The position numbers were made by a program, and so were the translations under genes. Below are positions 49,677 through 59,900 of a stretch of DNA of 64,000 nucleotides, in pieces (within the stretch, counting starts at the first letter, position 1; each line of letters begins with the position of its first letter). This DNA is from Steroidobacteraceae bacterium (GTDB lineage Bacteria; Pseudomonadota; Gammaproteobacteria; Steroidobacterales; Steroidobacteraceae), in assembly GCA_052039045.1 (NCBI GenBank), contig JBQGDL010000006.1, positions 41,731 through 105,730 on the forward strand. The letters are read 5' to 3'. A model generated the notes under the pieces. The model did no database searches and was not told the DNA's origin. It was given only the letters and a program-made list of their open reading frames with translations.

Positions 49677-51423
49677 GGCGATCACCCTGACCGCGCCGGG
49701 CGATCCCTGGCCGACTTACCGCCGGCTGCTCGGCTACCTGCGCCCACACCGGGCGATGTTCCTGCTCGGTGTCCTCGGCATGGTGCTGTTCGCGGCCACC
49801 GACGCGGGATGGGCGGTGTTCGTGCGCTTCTTCCTGGACGGTACGTTCGTCGCCCGCGACCCGCGCATGGTCTGGCTGGTGCCGGTGGTGCCGATCGGGC
49901 TGTTCCTGCTGCGCGGCATCGCCGATTTTCTCCAGACCTACTGTCCGGGGCACGTCGGGCGGCGGATCGTCAAGACGTTGCGGGCGGAGATCTTCGACCG
50001 TTTCCTGCACCTGCCGGTCACCTACTTCGACCAGCATGCCTCCGGCACGCTGCTCTCGCGCCTGACCTACAACACCGAGCAGGTCGCGCAGGCGACGACC
50101 GACTCGATCACGGTGTTCGTCCGGGACACGCTCACGATCGCCGCTCTGCTCGGCTATCTCTTCTACATGAACTGGCGGCTGACGCTCTTCAGCCTGGTCG
50201 TCGGGCCGCTCATCGCGGTGCTCATCCGCCGGATCAACCAGCTGTTTCGACGCTACAGCGCGCGCATCCAGGACTCGATGGGCGACGTGACGCGCGTCGC
50301 CAAGGAGGCGATCGAGGCGCCACGGGTCGTGCGGGTGTTCAACGCTCAGGAACATCAGGCGCAGATCTTCGAGACGGTGATCGAACGCAACCGGGGCTCG
50401 CACATGAAGCTGATGCGCACCCGCGCGATCAGTAACCCGGTGGTGCAGCTGGTCGCTTCGATCGGGCTCGCCGGCGTGCTGTACGTCGCGACGGTGGACG
50501 CGATGCAGGGTCGGATGACGGTCGGCGAGTTCACCTCGTTCATTGCGGCACTGATGCTGATCACGGCGCCGCTGCGCAGGCTGGTCAACGTCGCCGGCCC
50601 GCTGCAGCAGGGCATCGCGGCGGCGCAGAACATCTTTCAGATCCTCGATGGCACACCGGAGCCGGAAGGCGGCGGCCGCGCGATCGCGCGCGCGCAGGGC
50701 GACATCGAGTACCGCGACGTGCGCTTTCGGTACCCCGGCGCCGAAGACGAGGTGCTGCGCGGCGTCAGCTTCACTCTGCGCCGGGGCGAAACGCTCGCCA
50801 TCGTCGGCCGCTCGGGCAGCGGCAAATCGACGCTCGTCGGCCTGCTGCCGAGGTTCTACGACGTGACGGGTGGGCGCGTGCTGCTCGACGGTCACGACGT
50901 GCGCGAGTACGGGTTGAGGGATCTGCGCCGTCAGGTGAGCCTCGTCAGCCAGGAGGTGGCGCTCTTCAACGATACGATCGCCAGCAACATCGCCTTCGGC
51001 ATGCCGGCGGACATGGCGCAGATCGCAGCCGCGGCGCAGGCGGCGCGCGTCGATGAATTCGCGGCGCAGCTGCCCGAAAGGCTCGACACAGTGGTCGGCG
51101 ACCGTGGCTCGCTGCTCTCGGGCGGTCAGCGCCAGCGGATCGCCATCGCGCGGGCACTGCTGCGCGACTCGCCGATCCTGATCCTCGACGAGGCCACCTC
51201 CGCGCTCGATACCGAGCTCGAGCGGCAGATCCAGCAGCAGCTCGAGCAGCTGATGCGCGGACGCACGACGCTGGTGATCGCGCACCGGCTGTCGACCGTG
51301 GAGCGGGCGGATCGGATCGTGGTGATGGACGCTGGACGGCTGGTGGAGACCGGCACACATGCAGAGCTGCTGGCTCGCAACGGCCAGTACGCCGTCCTGT
51401 ACCGCATGCAGTTCAACGAATGA
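49657..51423 (+). CDS. msbA: Lipid A export ATP-binding/permease protein MsbA
   Basis: Six-TM ABC exporter domain with YFDQHASGTLLSRLT. Walker A GRSGSGKST, LSGGQRQRIAIARALL and ILDEATSALD. Followed by lpxK. Confidence 0.92.
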   Translation: MDPLAGKAITLTAPGDPWPTYRRLLGYLRPHRAMFLLGVLGMVLFAATDAGWAVFVRFFLDGTFVARDPRMVWLVPVVPIGLFLLRGIADFLQTYCPGHVGRRIVKTLRAEIFDRFLHLPVTYFDQHASGTLLSRLTYNTEQVAQATTDSITVFVRDTLTIAALLGYLFYMNWRLTLFSLVVGPLIAVLIRRINQLFRRYSARIQDSMGDVTRVAKEAIEAPRVVRVFNAQEHQAQIFETVIERNRGSHMKLMRTRAISNPVVQLVASIGLAGVLYVATVDAMQGRMTVGEFTSFIAALMLITAPLRRLVNVAGPLQQGIAAAQNIFQILDGTPEPEGGGRAIARAQGDIEYRDVRFRYPGAEDEVLRGVSFTLRRGETLAIVGRSGSGKSTLVGLLPRFYDVTGGRVLLDGHDVREYGLRDLRRQVSLVSQEVALFNDTIASNIAFGMPADMAQIAAAAQAARVDEFAAQLPERLDTVVGDRGSLLSGGQRQRIAIARALLRDSPILILDEATSALDTELERQIQQQLEQLMRGRTTLVIAHRLSTVERADRIVVMDAGRLVETGTHAELLARNGQYAVLYRMQFNE

Positions 51424-52445
51424 CGGTCGAGGCCCGGCTGCTCGAGCTCTGGTACGGACCGGCGTGGCGCACCCTGGCGCTCTGGCCGTTCGAGGCGCTC
51501 TACCGGCTGGCAACCGGCCTGCGGCGGCGCGCCTATCGCAGCGGGCTGCTCGCGAGCGAGGACGCGGGTGCGCCGGTGGCGGTCGTCGGAAACTTGAGCG
51601 TGGGCGGCACCGGCAAGACGCCGCTCGCAGGCTGGCTGGCCGGCGAGCTGCGCGCACGGGGGCTGGCAACCGCCGTCGTGCTGCGCGGCTATGGCGGCCG
51701 GCACTCGGGCGCGCCCATGCATGTCACGCCGGACACCGATCCCGGGCTCGCGGGCGACGAGGCGGTTCTGCACGCCCGCCGCGGTACGCCGCTGGTGTTC
51801 GTCGCACGGGATCGTGTCGCCGCGGCGCGCGCGGCCGTGGCGGCCGGCGCGCAGTTCGTGGTCAGCGACGATGGCCTGCAGCATCTGCGCCTGCGCAGAC
51901 AGTTCGAGATCGCGGTGATCGACGGCGCACGGGGTCTCGGCAACGGGCACGTGCTCCCTGCCGGACCGCTGCGCGAACCGTCGCGCCGCCTCGGGGAAGT
52001 CGACGCCGTCGTGGTCACGGATCGGGGTGAACCGTCCACCGCGGGGCTCGGCCCTTACGGCTCGCACGCGATCCACGTGCGGTTGCGGGCCGGCACGGCC
52101 GTGAACCTGGTCGACGGCCGGCGCCGGAACCTCGCGGAATTTCGCGGCGAGCGACTGCTCGCGGTCGCTGGCATAGGCAATCCGGAAGCGTTCTTCACCG
52201 CGCTGCGCGCGGCGGGGCTCGACATCACGGAGCGCGCGTTGCCCGATCATGCCGTGCTCGCCCCCGCGTCGCTCGGGACGGCGGACGATGTCACGGTGCT
52301 CATGACGGAAAAGGATGCCGTAAAATGCCGTCGTTTCGCGCGACCGGGCTGGTGGTTCGTCGATCTCGAGGTCGCCTTCGAGCCGCCATCGGCGGCGGCC
52401 GGGCTGGTCGCGCGGGTGCTCGAGTCCGCGTCGAAAACGCAGTAG
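51420..52445 (+). CDS. lpxK: Tetraacyldisaccharide 4-prime-kinase
   Basis: ATGA overlap with msbA. P-loop [12 protein letters not shown], then SDDGLQH and [14 protein letters not shown]. Confidence 0.93.
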   Translation: MTVEARLLELWYGPAWRTLALWPFEALYRLATGLRRRAYRSGLLASEDAGAPVAVVGNLSVGGTGKTPLAGWLAGELRARGLATAVVLRGYGGRHSGAPMHVTPDTDPGLAGDEAVLHARRGTPLVFVARDRVAAARAAVAAGAQFVVSDDGLQHLRLRRQFEIAVIDGARGLGNGHVLPAGPLREPSRRLGEVDAVVVTDRGEPSTAGLGPYGSHAIHVRLRAGTAVNLVDGRRRNLAEFRGERLLAVAGIGNPEAFFTALRAAGLDITERALPDHAVLAPASLGTADDVTVLMTEKDAVKCRRFARPGWWFVDLEVAFEPPSAAAGLVARVLESASKTQ

Positions 52446-52452
52446 GGGAGAC

Positions 52453-52647
52453 GTGGTTCTGGACAGCAAGCTACTCGACATCCTCGCCTGCCCGGTGTGC
52501 AAGGGGCCGCTGCGCTGGCACCGCGAGAGCCAGGAACTCGTCTGTCGCGGTGATCGCCTCGCCTTTCCCGTGAGCGACGGCATTCCGGTGATGCTGGAGG
52601 ACGAGGCCCGGGCGCTCGCGGCCGACGACCCGCTGCTCAAGGACTGA
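52453..52647 (+). CDS. Trm112/YcaR family zinc-ribbon-like protein
   Basis: GTG start with GGGGAG upstream. [14 protein letters not shown]...VC......FPV.DGIPVML. Occupies the conserved lpxK-ycaR-kdsB slot. Confidence 0.85.
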   Translation: MVLDSKLLDILACPVCKGPLRWHRESQELVCRGDRLAFPVSDGIPVMLEDEARALAADDPLLKD

Positions 52648-52651
52648 AACG

Positions 52652-53419
52652 ATGCGGTTCCGCGTCGTGATTCCGGCGCGCTACGCCTCGACGCGTCTGC
52701 CGGGCAAACCGCTGCTGGACATCGCTGGCCGGCCGATGATCCAGCGCGTCGTCGAGCGCGCCTGCGCGAGCGGCGCGAGCGAGGTCCTGGTCGCGACCGA
52801 TGACGCGCGGATCGCCGCGGTCGTGAGCGACCTGCGGCGGCCGGACGACGCGATCGCGTTGCTCACCGACCCGTCGCTCGCCTCCGGTACGGATCGCGTC
52901 GCGGCGGTGGCCGTTGCGCAGGGCTGGGCGGACGAGGACATCGTGGTCAACGTCCAGGGCGACGAGCCATTTCTGCCACCGGAGCTCATCGACCAGGTGG
53001 CCGCCGCGCTCGCCGCAGACGAGCGCACGTCGATCGCCACGCTTGCAACGCCGATCCGCTCGCGCGAGGAGTTCGCAGACCCGAACGTCGTCAAGGTCGT
53101 GGTCGACCGGCAGGATCACGCGTTGTACTTCAGCCGCGCGCCGGTGCCGTATGCGCGCGACCCGGCGCCGGATCGGGATCTCTTCCACGGCGCATTGCGT
53201 CACATAGGGATCTACGCCTATCGGGTCGGAGCGCTGCGCCGGCTGGTGGCGCTCGAACCCTCGCCGCTCGAGCGCCTGGAGAAACTCGAGCAGCTGCGGG
53301 CTCTGCAGAACGGCATGGCCATTCTGGTGGTCCGCGCCTCGGTGGCGCCGCCGCCCGGAGTCGACACCGCCGCCGATCTCGCGCAGGCCCGGGCGCACGC
53401 CGTGGCGCACGACAGCTGA
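52652..53419 (+). CDS. kdsB: 3-deoxy-manno-octulosonate cytidylyltransferase
   Basis: VIPARYASTRLPGKPL..I.G.PMI, ATDD, NVQGDEP, ALYFSR and EQLR.L.NG. Confidence 0.95.
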   Translation: MRFRVVIPARYASTRLPGKPLLDIAGRPMIQRVVERACASGASEVLVATDDARIAAVVSDLRRPDDAIALLTDPSLASGTDRVAAVAVAQGWADEDIVVNVQGDEPFLPPELIDQVAAALAADERTSIATLATPIRSREEFADPNVVKVVVDRQDHALYFSRAPVPYARDPAPDRDLFHGALRHIGIYAYRVGALRRLVALEPSPLERLEKLEQLRALQNGMAILVVRASVAPPPGVDTAADLAQARAHAVAHDS

Positions 53420-53422
53420 GCG

Positions 53423-54187
53423 TCAGCGGCCTGGGCGGCGGCGCGGCGGCGCGCCGGGCCGAGCGCATGCGGGCCGGGGATAGGGGACGCGCGGTGCGGA
53501 GATCCCGGCGGCGAGCAGCGGGGCGACCTCCTCGGTGCGCAGCGCGCGCCACTCGCCCGGCGCAAGCCGGCCCAGACGCAGATGCATGATGCGCACGCGC
53601 TGCAGCCGGCGAACGTTGTAGCCGAAGTGCCGGCACATACGCCGGATCTGCCGGTTGAGTCCCTGCGTCAGCACGATTCGGAAGGTATTGCGGCCGACCG
53701 CCGTGACGCGGCACGGTTGCGTGACCGTGTCGAGGATCGGCACTCCCCGCGCCATCCCCTCGAAGAAGGCCGGCGTCAGCGGCCGATCGACCTCGACCAG
53801 GTACTCCTTCTCGTGACCGTGCTCGGCGCGCAGCACGCCATTGACGATGTCGCCGTCATTGGTGAGCAGGATCAGTCCTTCCGAATCCTTGTCCAGCCGT
53901 CCCACGGGAAAGATGCGCACGTCGTGACCGACGAAATCGACGATGTTGCCGGGCACGTCGCGGTCGGTCGTGCACTCGACTCCGCGCGGCTTGTTGAGCG
54001 CGAGATAGACGCGGCGGGCTCTCGCTGCGAGCGGGCGGCCGTCGACCCGCACCTCGTCGCCGGGCGCGACCTGCGCTCCGAGGCGGGCAACGACGCCGTT
54101 CACGGTGACCCGCCCGCTACCGATCCACTGGTCGGCCTCGCGCCGCGAGCAGGCTCCGGTCTCGCTCAGGTACTTGTTGAGGCGCAT
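53423..54187 (-). CDS. rluF: 23S rRNA pseudouridine(2604) synthase RluF
   Basis: S4 domain (RLNKYLSETGACSRREAD), catalytic PVGRLDKDSEGLILLTNDG, then EHGHEKEYLV.VD, GLNRQIRRMC.HFGY.V..L.R.RIM. Close to E. coli RluF throughout. Confidence 0.85.
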   Translation of the reverse strand: MRLNKYLSETGACSRREADQWIGSGRVTVNGVVARLGAQVAPGDEVRVDGRPLAARARRVYLALNKPRGVECTTDRDVPGNIVDFVGHDVRIFPVGRLDKDSEGLILLTNDGDIVNGVLRAEHGHEKEYLVEVDRPLTPAFFEGMARGVPILDTVTQPCRVTAVGRNTFRIVLTQGLNRQIRRMCRHFGYNVRRLQRVRIMHLRLGRLAPGEWRALRTEEVAPLLAAGISAPRVPYPRPACARPGAPPRRRPGR

Positions 54188-54377
54188 CGAGGTGCGGCAC
54201 TCCGGTCCGTGTGGCGCGCGGGCGGCCGGCGGCCGCTCGCCGATTGTAGCGGTGGCGTGCGCCGTCGCAGCGCGGCGGAGACCTACGACAGGAGGGCGCG
54301 CTCTCCGACAGTCGGTTGCGTCAACGGTTGCGATCCTGCCCTTGCCACTTCACGAAGACAGGGTTTCGATCGTTTCG

Positions 54378-54578
54378 ATGGCCTCACTGTCGCATCCGCA
54401 GCGGGCGCGCAGGCCCGCGGGGCTCTCCCGCACCGAACTGGCGCGCATGTTCTGGCGTGCCTCGTTCTACGTGCGACGTCAGCGGCCGTTCGACAACCAC
54501 ACGCCGGAGCTGCTGGCGTATCTCGAGCGCGAGTTCCGCGCCACGTGGCGCACGGTCGGGCGGTTGACGTCCGGATAG
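54378..54578 (+). CDS. Hypothetical small protein (66 aa)
   Basis: Strong third-position G/C bias in this frame ([57 protein letters not shown]...). No recognisable family and a weak RBS. Confidence 0.3.
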   Translation: MASLSHPQRARRPAGLSRTELARMFWRASFYVRRQRPFDNHTPELLAYLEREFRATWRTVGRLTSG

Positions 54579-54795
54579 AGCCGCCTGACGCGGCCTCCTC
54601 GAGGTCCGCTGCCGCCGTGCCGCGGCATCTCGGGCACGCGGCCGGGCGGGCGCGTGGGCTCCTCCGCGGTAGCGCCTTGCCGTGAGGTTGCGGGGACTAC
54701 GTACATCTGACGATGCGGTCCTTCGTCGAAGGGTGTGCAATTCTTTGTGGACTGGATGGATTACGACCCGAGACGGAGTTCGGGGGAGGTGTTAT

Positions 54796-55281
54796 ATGGC
54801 CATTTCTGCAAAGGAAAAAGAACTTGCCGCGGTCGGTATTTCGGTTGCCAGTGGATGCAAGCCTTGCACGGACTTCCACGTGAAGAAGGTACGCGAGGTC
54901 GGTGCGTCAGACACCGAGATCAAGCAGGCAATAAGTGCTGCGTTCGCTGTGCGGCGTCGAGCTACGGAGGACATGGAGTCGTACGCGCTCACCCGCATCG
55001 GGGGAAACAAGGAGGTGTCCACGGCCGAACGCGTGGACGTCACTGAGCGGGCGAAGCTACTCGTCGGCATCGGCGCGGCCTTCGGGGTTAATTGTGTCGC
55101 AGTCATGCAGGCTCATCTGGACGCGGCGGAGCGGGCGGGGATCTCGCGCGAAGAGATTGCCACGATCGTCAAACTCAGCGCGTTCATCAAGGGAAAGGCG
55201 TCTTCGCACGTAGAACGCCTGGCCGACAGCCTTGAAAGACCGGAGGCCACCTACGAGAAGGCGGTCGACGCCTGCTGCTAA
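54796..55281 (+). CDS. Carboxymuconolactone decarboxylase / AhpD-like family protein (two CMD repeats)
   Basis: ATG at 54796 with GGGGGAGG upstream. AhpD-type CxxCxxxH motif (CKPCTDFH, 54856-54879). Second CMD-like half (GVNCVAVMQAHLDAAERAGISREEI). Ends in Cys-Cys. Lower GC. Confidence 0.72.
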   Translation: MAISAKEKELAAVGISVASGCKPCTDFHVKKVREVGASDTEIKQAISAAFAVRRRATEDMESYALTRIGGNKEVSTAERVDVTERAKLLVGIGAAFGVNCVAVMQAHLDAAERAGISREEIATIVKLSAFIKGKASSHVERLADSLERPEATYEKAVDACC

Positions 55282-55472
55282 GGCACGGTGCGCTCGCGCA
55301 CGAGTGGGCGCAACTCGTCCTTGCGACTGTGAGCCCGTGCCGGGCGATCGGCCGCATCGAGGGGCGGTGCCGTGAGGCACCAGCTGCAGTATCTATCCGC
55401 GCGCCAGTGGTCGCGGTGCTAGGCTTGAGGCGCCCCAAATCGCCTGATTCGAGAGCATCTGCCGAGCCACGT

Positions 55473-55970
55473 ATGAAGGTCCTCTTCGTCTGCATGGGAA
55501 ATATCTGCCGTTCCCCGACCGCGCATGGCGTGTTCGAGCGGATCCTGCGCGAGCGGGCGCCCGATCTGGAGGTCGAGGTCGATTCGGCGGGCACACATGA
55601 CTATCACATCGGCTCGCCGCCCGATCCGCGGTCGATTGCCGCTGCCGCACGGCGGGGGCTGGATCTCCGCCCGTTGCGCGCACGCCTGGTGGAGTCCGTG
55701 GATTTCGAACGCTTCGATCTGATCGTTGCCATGGACCGGCTGAATCGGGCCGTGCTGCTCACGCGCTGCCCCGCGCCCTACCACGATCGCGTCCGTCTGC
55801 TGATGGAGTTCGCCGGGGTCCGCGCGGAGGACGCGGACGATCTCGACGTCCCCGACCCGTATTACGGCGGCGAACTCGGGTTCGAGCGCGTGCTCGATCT
55901 GGTCGAGGAGGCGGCGGCCGGGCTGCTCGAGGAGATCCGCGCGCGAGCGCGAGCCAGCCGCGTCGGTTGA
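55473..55970 (+). CDS. Low-molecular-weight protein-tyrosine phosphatase
   Basis: MKVLFVCMGNICRSPTAHG (CX5R-S P-loop) and DVPDPYYG (general acid Asp). Confidence 0.9.
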   Translation: MKVLFVCMGNICRSPTAHGVFERILRERAPDLEVEVDSAGTHDYHIGSPPDPRSIAAAARRGLDLRPLRARLVESVDFERFDLIVAMDRLNRAVLLTRCPAPYHDRVRLLMEFAGVRAEDADDLDVPDPYYGGELGFERVLDLVEEAAAGLLEEIRARARASRVG

Positions 55971-55980
55971 ATGTCGACAG

Positions 55981-56010
55981 CGCCGCCACCGGACTCCGTC
56001 CGGCGGCGGC
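55981..56010. terminator. GC-rich hairpin between the convergent ptp and rne genes (candidate bidirectional terminator)
   Basis: CGCCGCCACCGGAC-tc-GTCCGGCGGCGGCG: 14 positions with one A-C mismatch. Confidence 0.45.
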
Positions 56011-56022
56011 GCGGGTGGATCC

Positions 56023-58470
56023 TCAGGGCTCGCTGCGTGGCGTCTCGCGGGTCGCGTCGCTCGACGGCGAGGGCGTCCATTCGGCGCGCGGCGGCGATGA
56101 CGGCGCCGGCTCGGCGGAAGCCGCGGCGGGCGCCGGCGGAGCAATCGGCCGGCCAAAGTCGGGCGCGAGCCGCCGTTCGGTCGCCGGCGCGACGGCGGGC
56201 GGTTCCGCCGCGGGCGGGCGCGGCGCTACCTGTTCTCCGCCCGCCTCGTTGTGCACCCCGTTGCTGTTCGCGACCTCGCGACGCTGGCCGCCACCAAAGC
56301 CCTCGTCGTGATCGCGACGTCGCCGCCGTCCGCCGCGGCGCGAGCGACGGCCGCTGCGCTCACTGCGCTCGCCCTCGGGTCGTTCGGCGCGGGCCGGTTC
56401 ACCGCCCGGTGCGTCTTCGCGACGCGGGCCGGGTGCCGCCGACGGCCCTGCACCGCTACGCGCGGCGTCGCTGTCCGCGCGGCGCACGTCGCGATGCGGT
56501 TCACCGTGTCCGCGCCGCGAGTCGCGGCGAGCATCGCCACCGTGCCGCCCCCGGTCGACGTCGCGACGCTCGCCGGGACGTCCATCACGACGATGCTCGT
56601 CGCGGCGGCTTTCGTGACGCGAACCAGGGCGCTCGCCACGGCCGCCATGGCGACCATCGCGCATGCCTCGCGGATCGCGCTCCCCCCGATGCTCGACGCG
56701 CGGCGGTGCGGCCACGGGCAGCGGCGCCCGCTTGTCGCCGAACAGCCAGCGCCAGAGGCGCACGAAAATTCCGTCCCGCGGACCGTACTGAGGCACCGTG
56801 ACAACGGCTGCCGGGGTCGCCAGTGCCGTCGTCACAACCGGCTCTGGCGCCGCCGGTGGCGCGGGCGTGCTCGGCACGACGGTCGTCACGGCCGGAACCG
56901 GCGGCGGAGGCGCCTTGTCCTCGGTGGCGAGTGCGACGAGATCGATCTGCGGCTGCACCGCGAGCTGGTGACTCGTGATGGTGTTCTCGGGCAGTCCGAG
57001 TTCGTCGTCGCGGACGCGACGGATCTCGTATGCGGGCGTCTCCAGATACCGGTTCGGCACCAGCACGATGCCGATCTGGCTGCGTACCTCGATGCTGTTC
57101 AGCCAGTCGCGCTTCTCGTTCATCAGGTAGGTAGCGACATCCACCGGCAGCTGCGCAATCACCTTCGCGGTACGGTCCTTGCGCGCCTCCTCGCCGATCA
57201 GGCGCAGGATCGCCAGCGCCAGCGACTCGACGCTGCGGATCACGCCCATACCGCTGCAGCGCGGGCAGACGATGTTGGTCGACTCGCTGATCGACGGGCG
57301 CAGCCGCTGGCGGGACAGCTCGAGCAGCCCGAAACGGGAAATTCGCCCGATCTGGATGCGGGCGCGATCCTGCTTCACGGCCTCCCGCAGCCGGTCCTCG
57401 ACCGCGCGCTGGTTCTTCTGCGACTCCATGTCGATGAAGTCGAGGACGATCAGGCCGCCGACGTCGCGCAGCCGCATCTGGCGCGCGATCTCGTCCGCCG
57501 CCTCGAGGTTGGTATTGCAGGCGGTGGTCTCGATGTCCGAGCCGCGCGTGCTGCGCGCCGAGTTGATGTCAATCGACACCAACGCCTCGGTGTGGTCGAT
57601 GACGATGCTGCCGCCGGAAGGCAGCGTGACCTTGTGCGAGTAGGCCGACTCGATCTGGCTCTCTATCTGGTAGCGCGTGAAGAGCGGAACGTGGTCGTCG
57701 TAGAACTTCAGCCGGCGGAGGTTTCCCGGCATGAAGCGCTGCATGTATTCCTGCGCCTCTTCGTAGGTTTCCTTCTTGTCGACGAGGATCTCGCCGATGT
57801 CGTCCGACAGGTAGTCGCGCAGCGCGCGCAGGATCGCCTTGCTCTCCTGGTAGATCAGGAATGGCGCCGGGCGACCCTCCGCAGCCTGGCGGATCGCATT
57901 CCAGACATCGACCAGGTTGTTGAGGTCCCACTGCAGCTCCTCGGGCGTGCGGCCGACGCCCGCGGTGCGGACGATGGCGCCCATGCCCTCGGGGATCTGC
58001 AGATTGTCCATGGCCTCGCGCAGCTGCTCGCGGTCCTCGCCCTCGATGCGGCGCGATACCCCTCCCGCGCGCGGATTGTTGGGCATGAGGACGAGGAAGC
58101 GGCCGGCAAGGCTGATGAAGGTCGTGAGCGCCGCACCCTTGTTGCCGCGCTCCTCTTTCTCGACCTGAACGATGAGCTCCTGACCTTCCTGGAGGAGGTC
58201 GCGTATGCCGCGGTTGCCGTTCCCGTCCTGCGTTTTGAAGTAGTCGCGGGTAACTTCCTTGAGCGGCAGGAAACCGTGGCGTTCCGCGCCGTAATCGACG
58301 AAGGCGGCTTCGAGACTCGGTTCTACCCGGGTGATTCGTCCCTTGTAGACGTTGGCCTTCTTGGTTTCCCGCGAAGGGATTTCGATATCGAGATCGTAGA
58401 TCCGCTGGCCATCAACCAGCGCGACGCGCAACTCCTCCTGCTGGGTTGCGTTGACGAGCATTCTTTTCAT
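56023..58470 (-). CDS. rne: Ribonuclease E
   Basis: [23 protein letters not shown]1 domain [22 protein letters not shown], DNase I-like and Zn-link (CPRCSGMG) regions, and an Arg/Pro-rich C-terminal scaffold. Confidence 0.95.
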   Translation of the reverse strand: MKRMLVNATQQEELRVALVDGQRIYDLDIEIPSRETKKANVYKGRITRVEPSLEAAFVDYGAERHGFLPLKEVTRDYFKTQDGNGNRGIRDLLQEGQELIVQVEKEERGNKGAALTTFISLAGRFLVLMPNNPRAGGVSRRIEGEDREQLREAMDNLQIPEGMGAIVRTAGVGRTPEELQWDLNNLVDVWNAIRQAAEGRPAPFLIYQESKAILRALRDYLSDDIGEILVDKKETYEEAQEYMQRFMPGNLRRLKFYDDHVPLFTRYQIESQIESAYSHKVTLPSGGSIVIDHTEALVSIDINSARSTRGSDIETTACNTNLEAADEIARQMRLRDVGGLIVLDFIDMESQKNQRAVEDRLREAVKQDRARIQIGRISRFGLLELSRQRLRPSISESTNIVCPRCSGMGVIRSVESLALAILRLIGEEARKDRTAKVIAQLPVDVATYLMNEKRDWLNSIEVRSQIGIVLVPNRYLETPAYEIRRVRDDELGLPENTITSHQLAVQPQIDLVALATEDKAPPPPVPAVTTVVPSTPAPPAAPEPVVTTALATPAAVVTVPQYGPRDGIFVRLWRWLFGDKRAPLPVAAPPRVEHRGERDPRGMRDGRHGGRGERPGSRHESRRDEHRRDGRPGERRDVDRGRHGGDARRDSRRGHGEPHRDVRRADSDAARSGAGPSAAPGPRREDAPGGEPARAERPEGERSERSGRRSRRGGRRRRRDHDEGFGGGQRREVANSNGVHNEAGGEQVAPRPPAAEPPAVAPATERRLAPDFGRPIAPPAPAAASAEPAPSSPPRAEWTPSPSSDATRETPRSEP

Positions 58471-58862
58471 CGGTCCTCGCTGAATCGGCGATTGTGACCG
58501 TGAACGCCCGGTCGGGCCGTGCCGTGGCCTTGGGAACAGGTCGATTTGCAGCGGCGTGGGTCATGCGGCTGTCAAAGGCGTGCGCACGCATCGCGGCGCA
58601 GCGCCGGACCGAATCCTTAAGTGCAAACGGACATCGCTCCGGCCGAGCATCGCACGGACCCGCCGCCCGCCCGGGCTTGCGGCATCTGCGCGTGTTCACG
58701 GCAGTTCGATGGTCTGACGTTTCAGAACCAACTAAGATGCGCCGCCCACGGCCCTAGGCGTGGCAATAATCGCGGCGCAGGCTCCGCACCGACCTGAGCC
58801 AGCCCGTAGGGCCAACCGATCAGCGCTGACGGTCACTGTAACAATCGAATTCCGGAAAATCA
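58471..58862 (-). promoter_or_regulatory. rne leader / divergent rne-rluC promoter region (392 nt)
   Basis: A long non-coding spacer upstream of rne, as in E. coli where a 361-nt structured 5-prime UTR mediates autoregulation. No credible ORF is present. Confidence 0.4.
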
Positions 58863-59900
58863 ATGGCTTACGACAAAGCCGCGGCATACCCCACGAAGCC
58901 CGGATCGATCGGGGCGGTGCGCTATCTGATCGCGGCGGAGGGCGACGCGGGACAGCGCCTCGACAACTACCTGTTGCGCGTGCTGAAAGGCGTGCCGCGC
59001 GCTCGCGTGTACCGGCTGCTGCGCAAGGGCGAGGTGCGGGTCAACAGCCGCCGCGCCCGTCCCGAGCAACGCCTCACCGTCGGCGACCGCGTCCGGCTGC
59101 CGCCAGTGCGCCACGCCGAGCCTGCCGCGACGCGACCGCCGCGGGCCGACCTGCAACGGGCGATCGTGGATGCGATCGTCTACGAGGATGTCGATCTGAT
59201 CGCGATCAACAAACCGGCCGGTGTGGCGGTGCACGGCGGCAGCGGGCTCTCGCACGGCGTGATCGAGGCGCTGCGCGCCGCGCGACCGGAGCTCGCCGAG
59301 CTCGATCTCGTGCACCGGCTCGACCGCGAAACCAGCGGCTGTCTCCTCATCGCCAAGCGCCGCGCGGCGCTGCGCGAGCTGCACGCGCAGCTGCGCGAAG
59401 GCCGGGTCGAGAAGCGTTACCTCGCCTTGGTGTGCGGGCACTGGCAGCTCGGACACAAACGCATCGAACTCGCGCTCGACACCGACCAACGGGTGCGGGG
59501 CGAGCGTCACGTCGCCGTGCGCAGACACGGGCAGATGGCCGTCAGCATCTTCCGGCCGGTACAGTTCTTCGGCGGGCAGGCGACGCTGATGGAAGTCGAT
59601 CTCGGAACCGGCCGCACGCACCAGATACGCGTGCACGCCGCCCACGCACGTCATCCGGTCGCCGGCGATGAGAAGTACGGCGATCGGGACTGCAATGCGC
59701 GGCTGCGCGAGCTCGGCCTGCACCGGACGTTCCTGCACGCGGCATCGATCGGCTTGACGCGGCCGGGGTCGGCAGAGCCTCTGTCGCTGAGCGCTCCGCT
59801 CCCCGCGGACCTGCGTGCCGTCCTCGACGCGCTGGTCAAGGCACCGCGAACCCGCACTGCCGCAGCGCGCCGGCCAGCCAGATCAACGGCAGGCCGGTGA
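58863..59900 (+). CDS. rluC: 23S rRNA pseudouridine(955/2504/2580) synthase RluC
   Basis: S4 domain (QRLDNYLLRVLKGVPRARVYRLLRKGEVRVN), catalytic HRLDRETSGCLLIAK, then GRTHQIRVH. Divergent from rne as in E. coli and Pseudomonas. Confidence 0.92.
   Translation: MAYDKAAAYPTKPGSIGAVRYLIAAEGDAGQRLDNYLLRVLKGVPRARVYRLLRKGEVRVNSRRARPEQRLTVGDRVRLPPVRHAEPAATRPPRADLQRAIVDAIVYEDVDLIAINKPAGVAVHGGSGLSHGVIEALRAARPELAELDLVHRLDRETSGCLLIAKRRAALRELHAQLREGRVEKRYLALVCGHWQLGHKRIELALDTDQRVRGERHVAVRRHGQMAVSIFRPVQFFGGQATLMEVDLGTGRTHQIRVHAAHARHPVAGDEKYGDRDCNARLRELGLHRTFLHAASIGLTRPGSAEPLSLSAPLPADLRAVLDALVKAPRTRTAAARRPARSTAGR

Noticed and set aside
56023-56800. Repetitive-looking GC-rich stretch at the 3-prime end of rne, considered as a tandem repeat or CRISPR-like array
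   Set aside because: It encodes the Arg/Pro/Glu-rich unstructured C-terminal scaffold typical of RNase E. There are no regularly spaced identical repeats.
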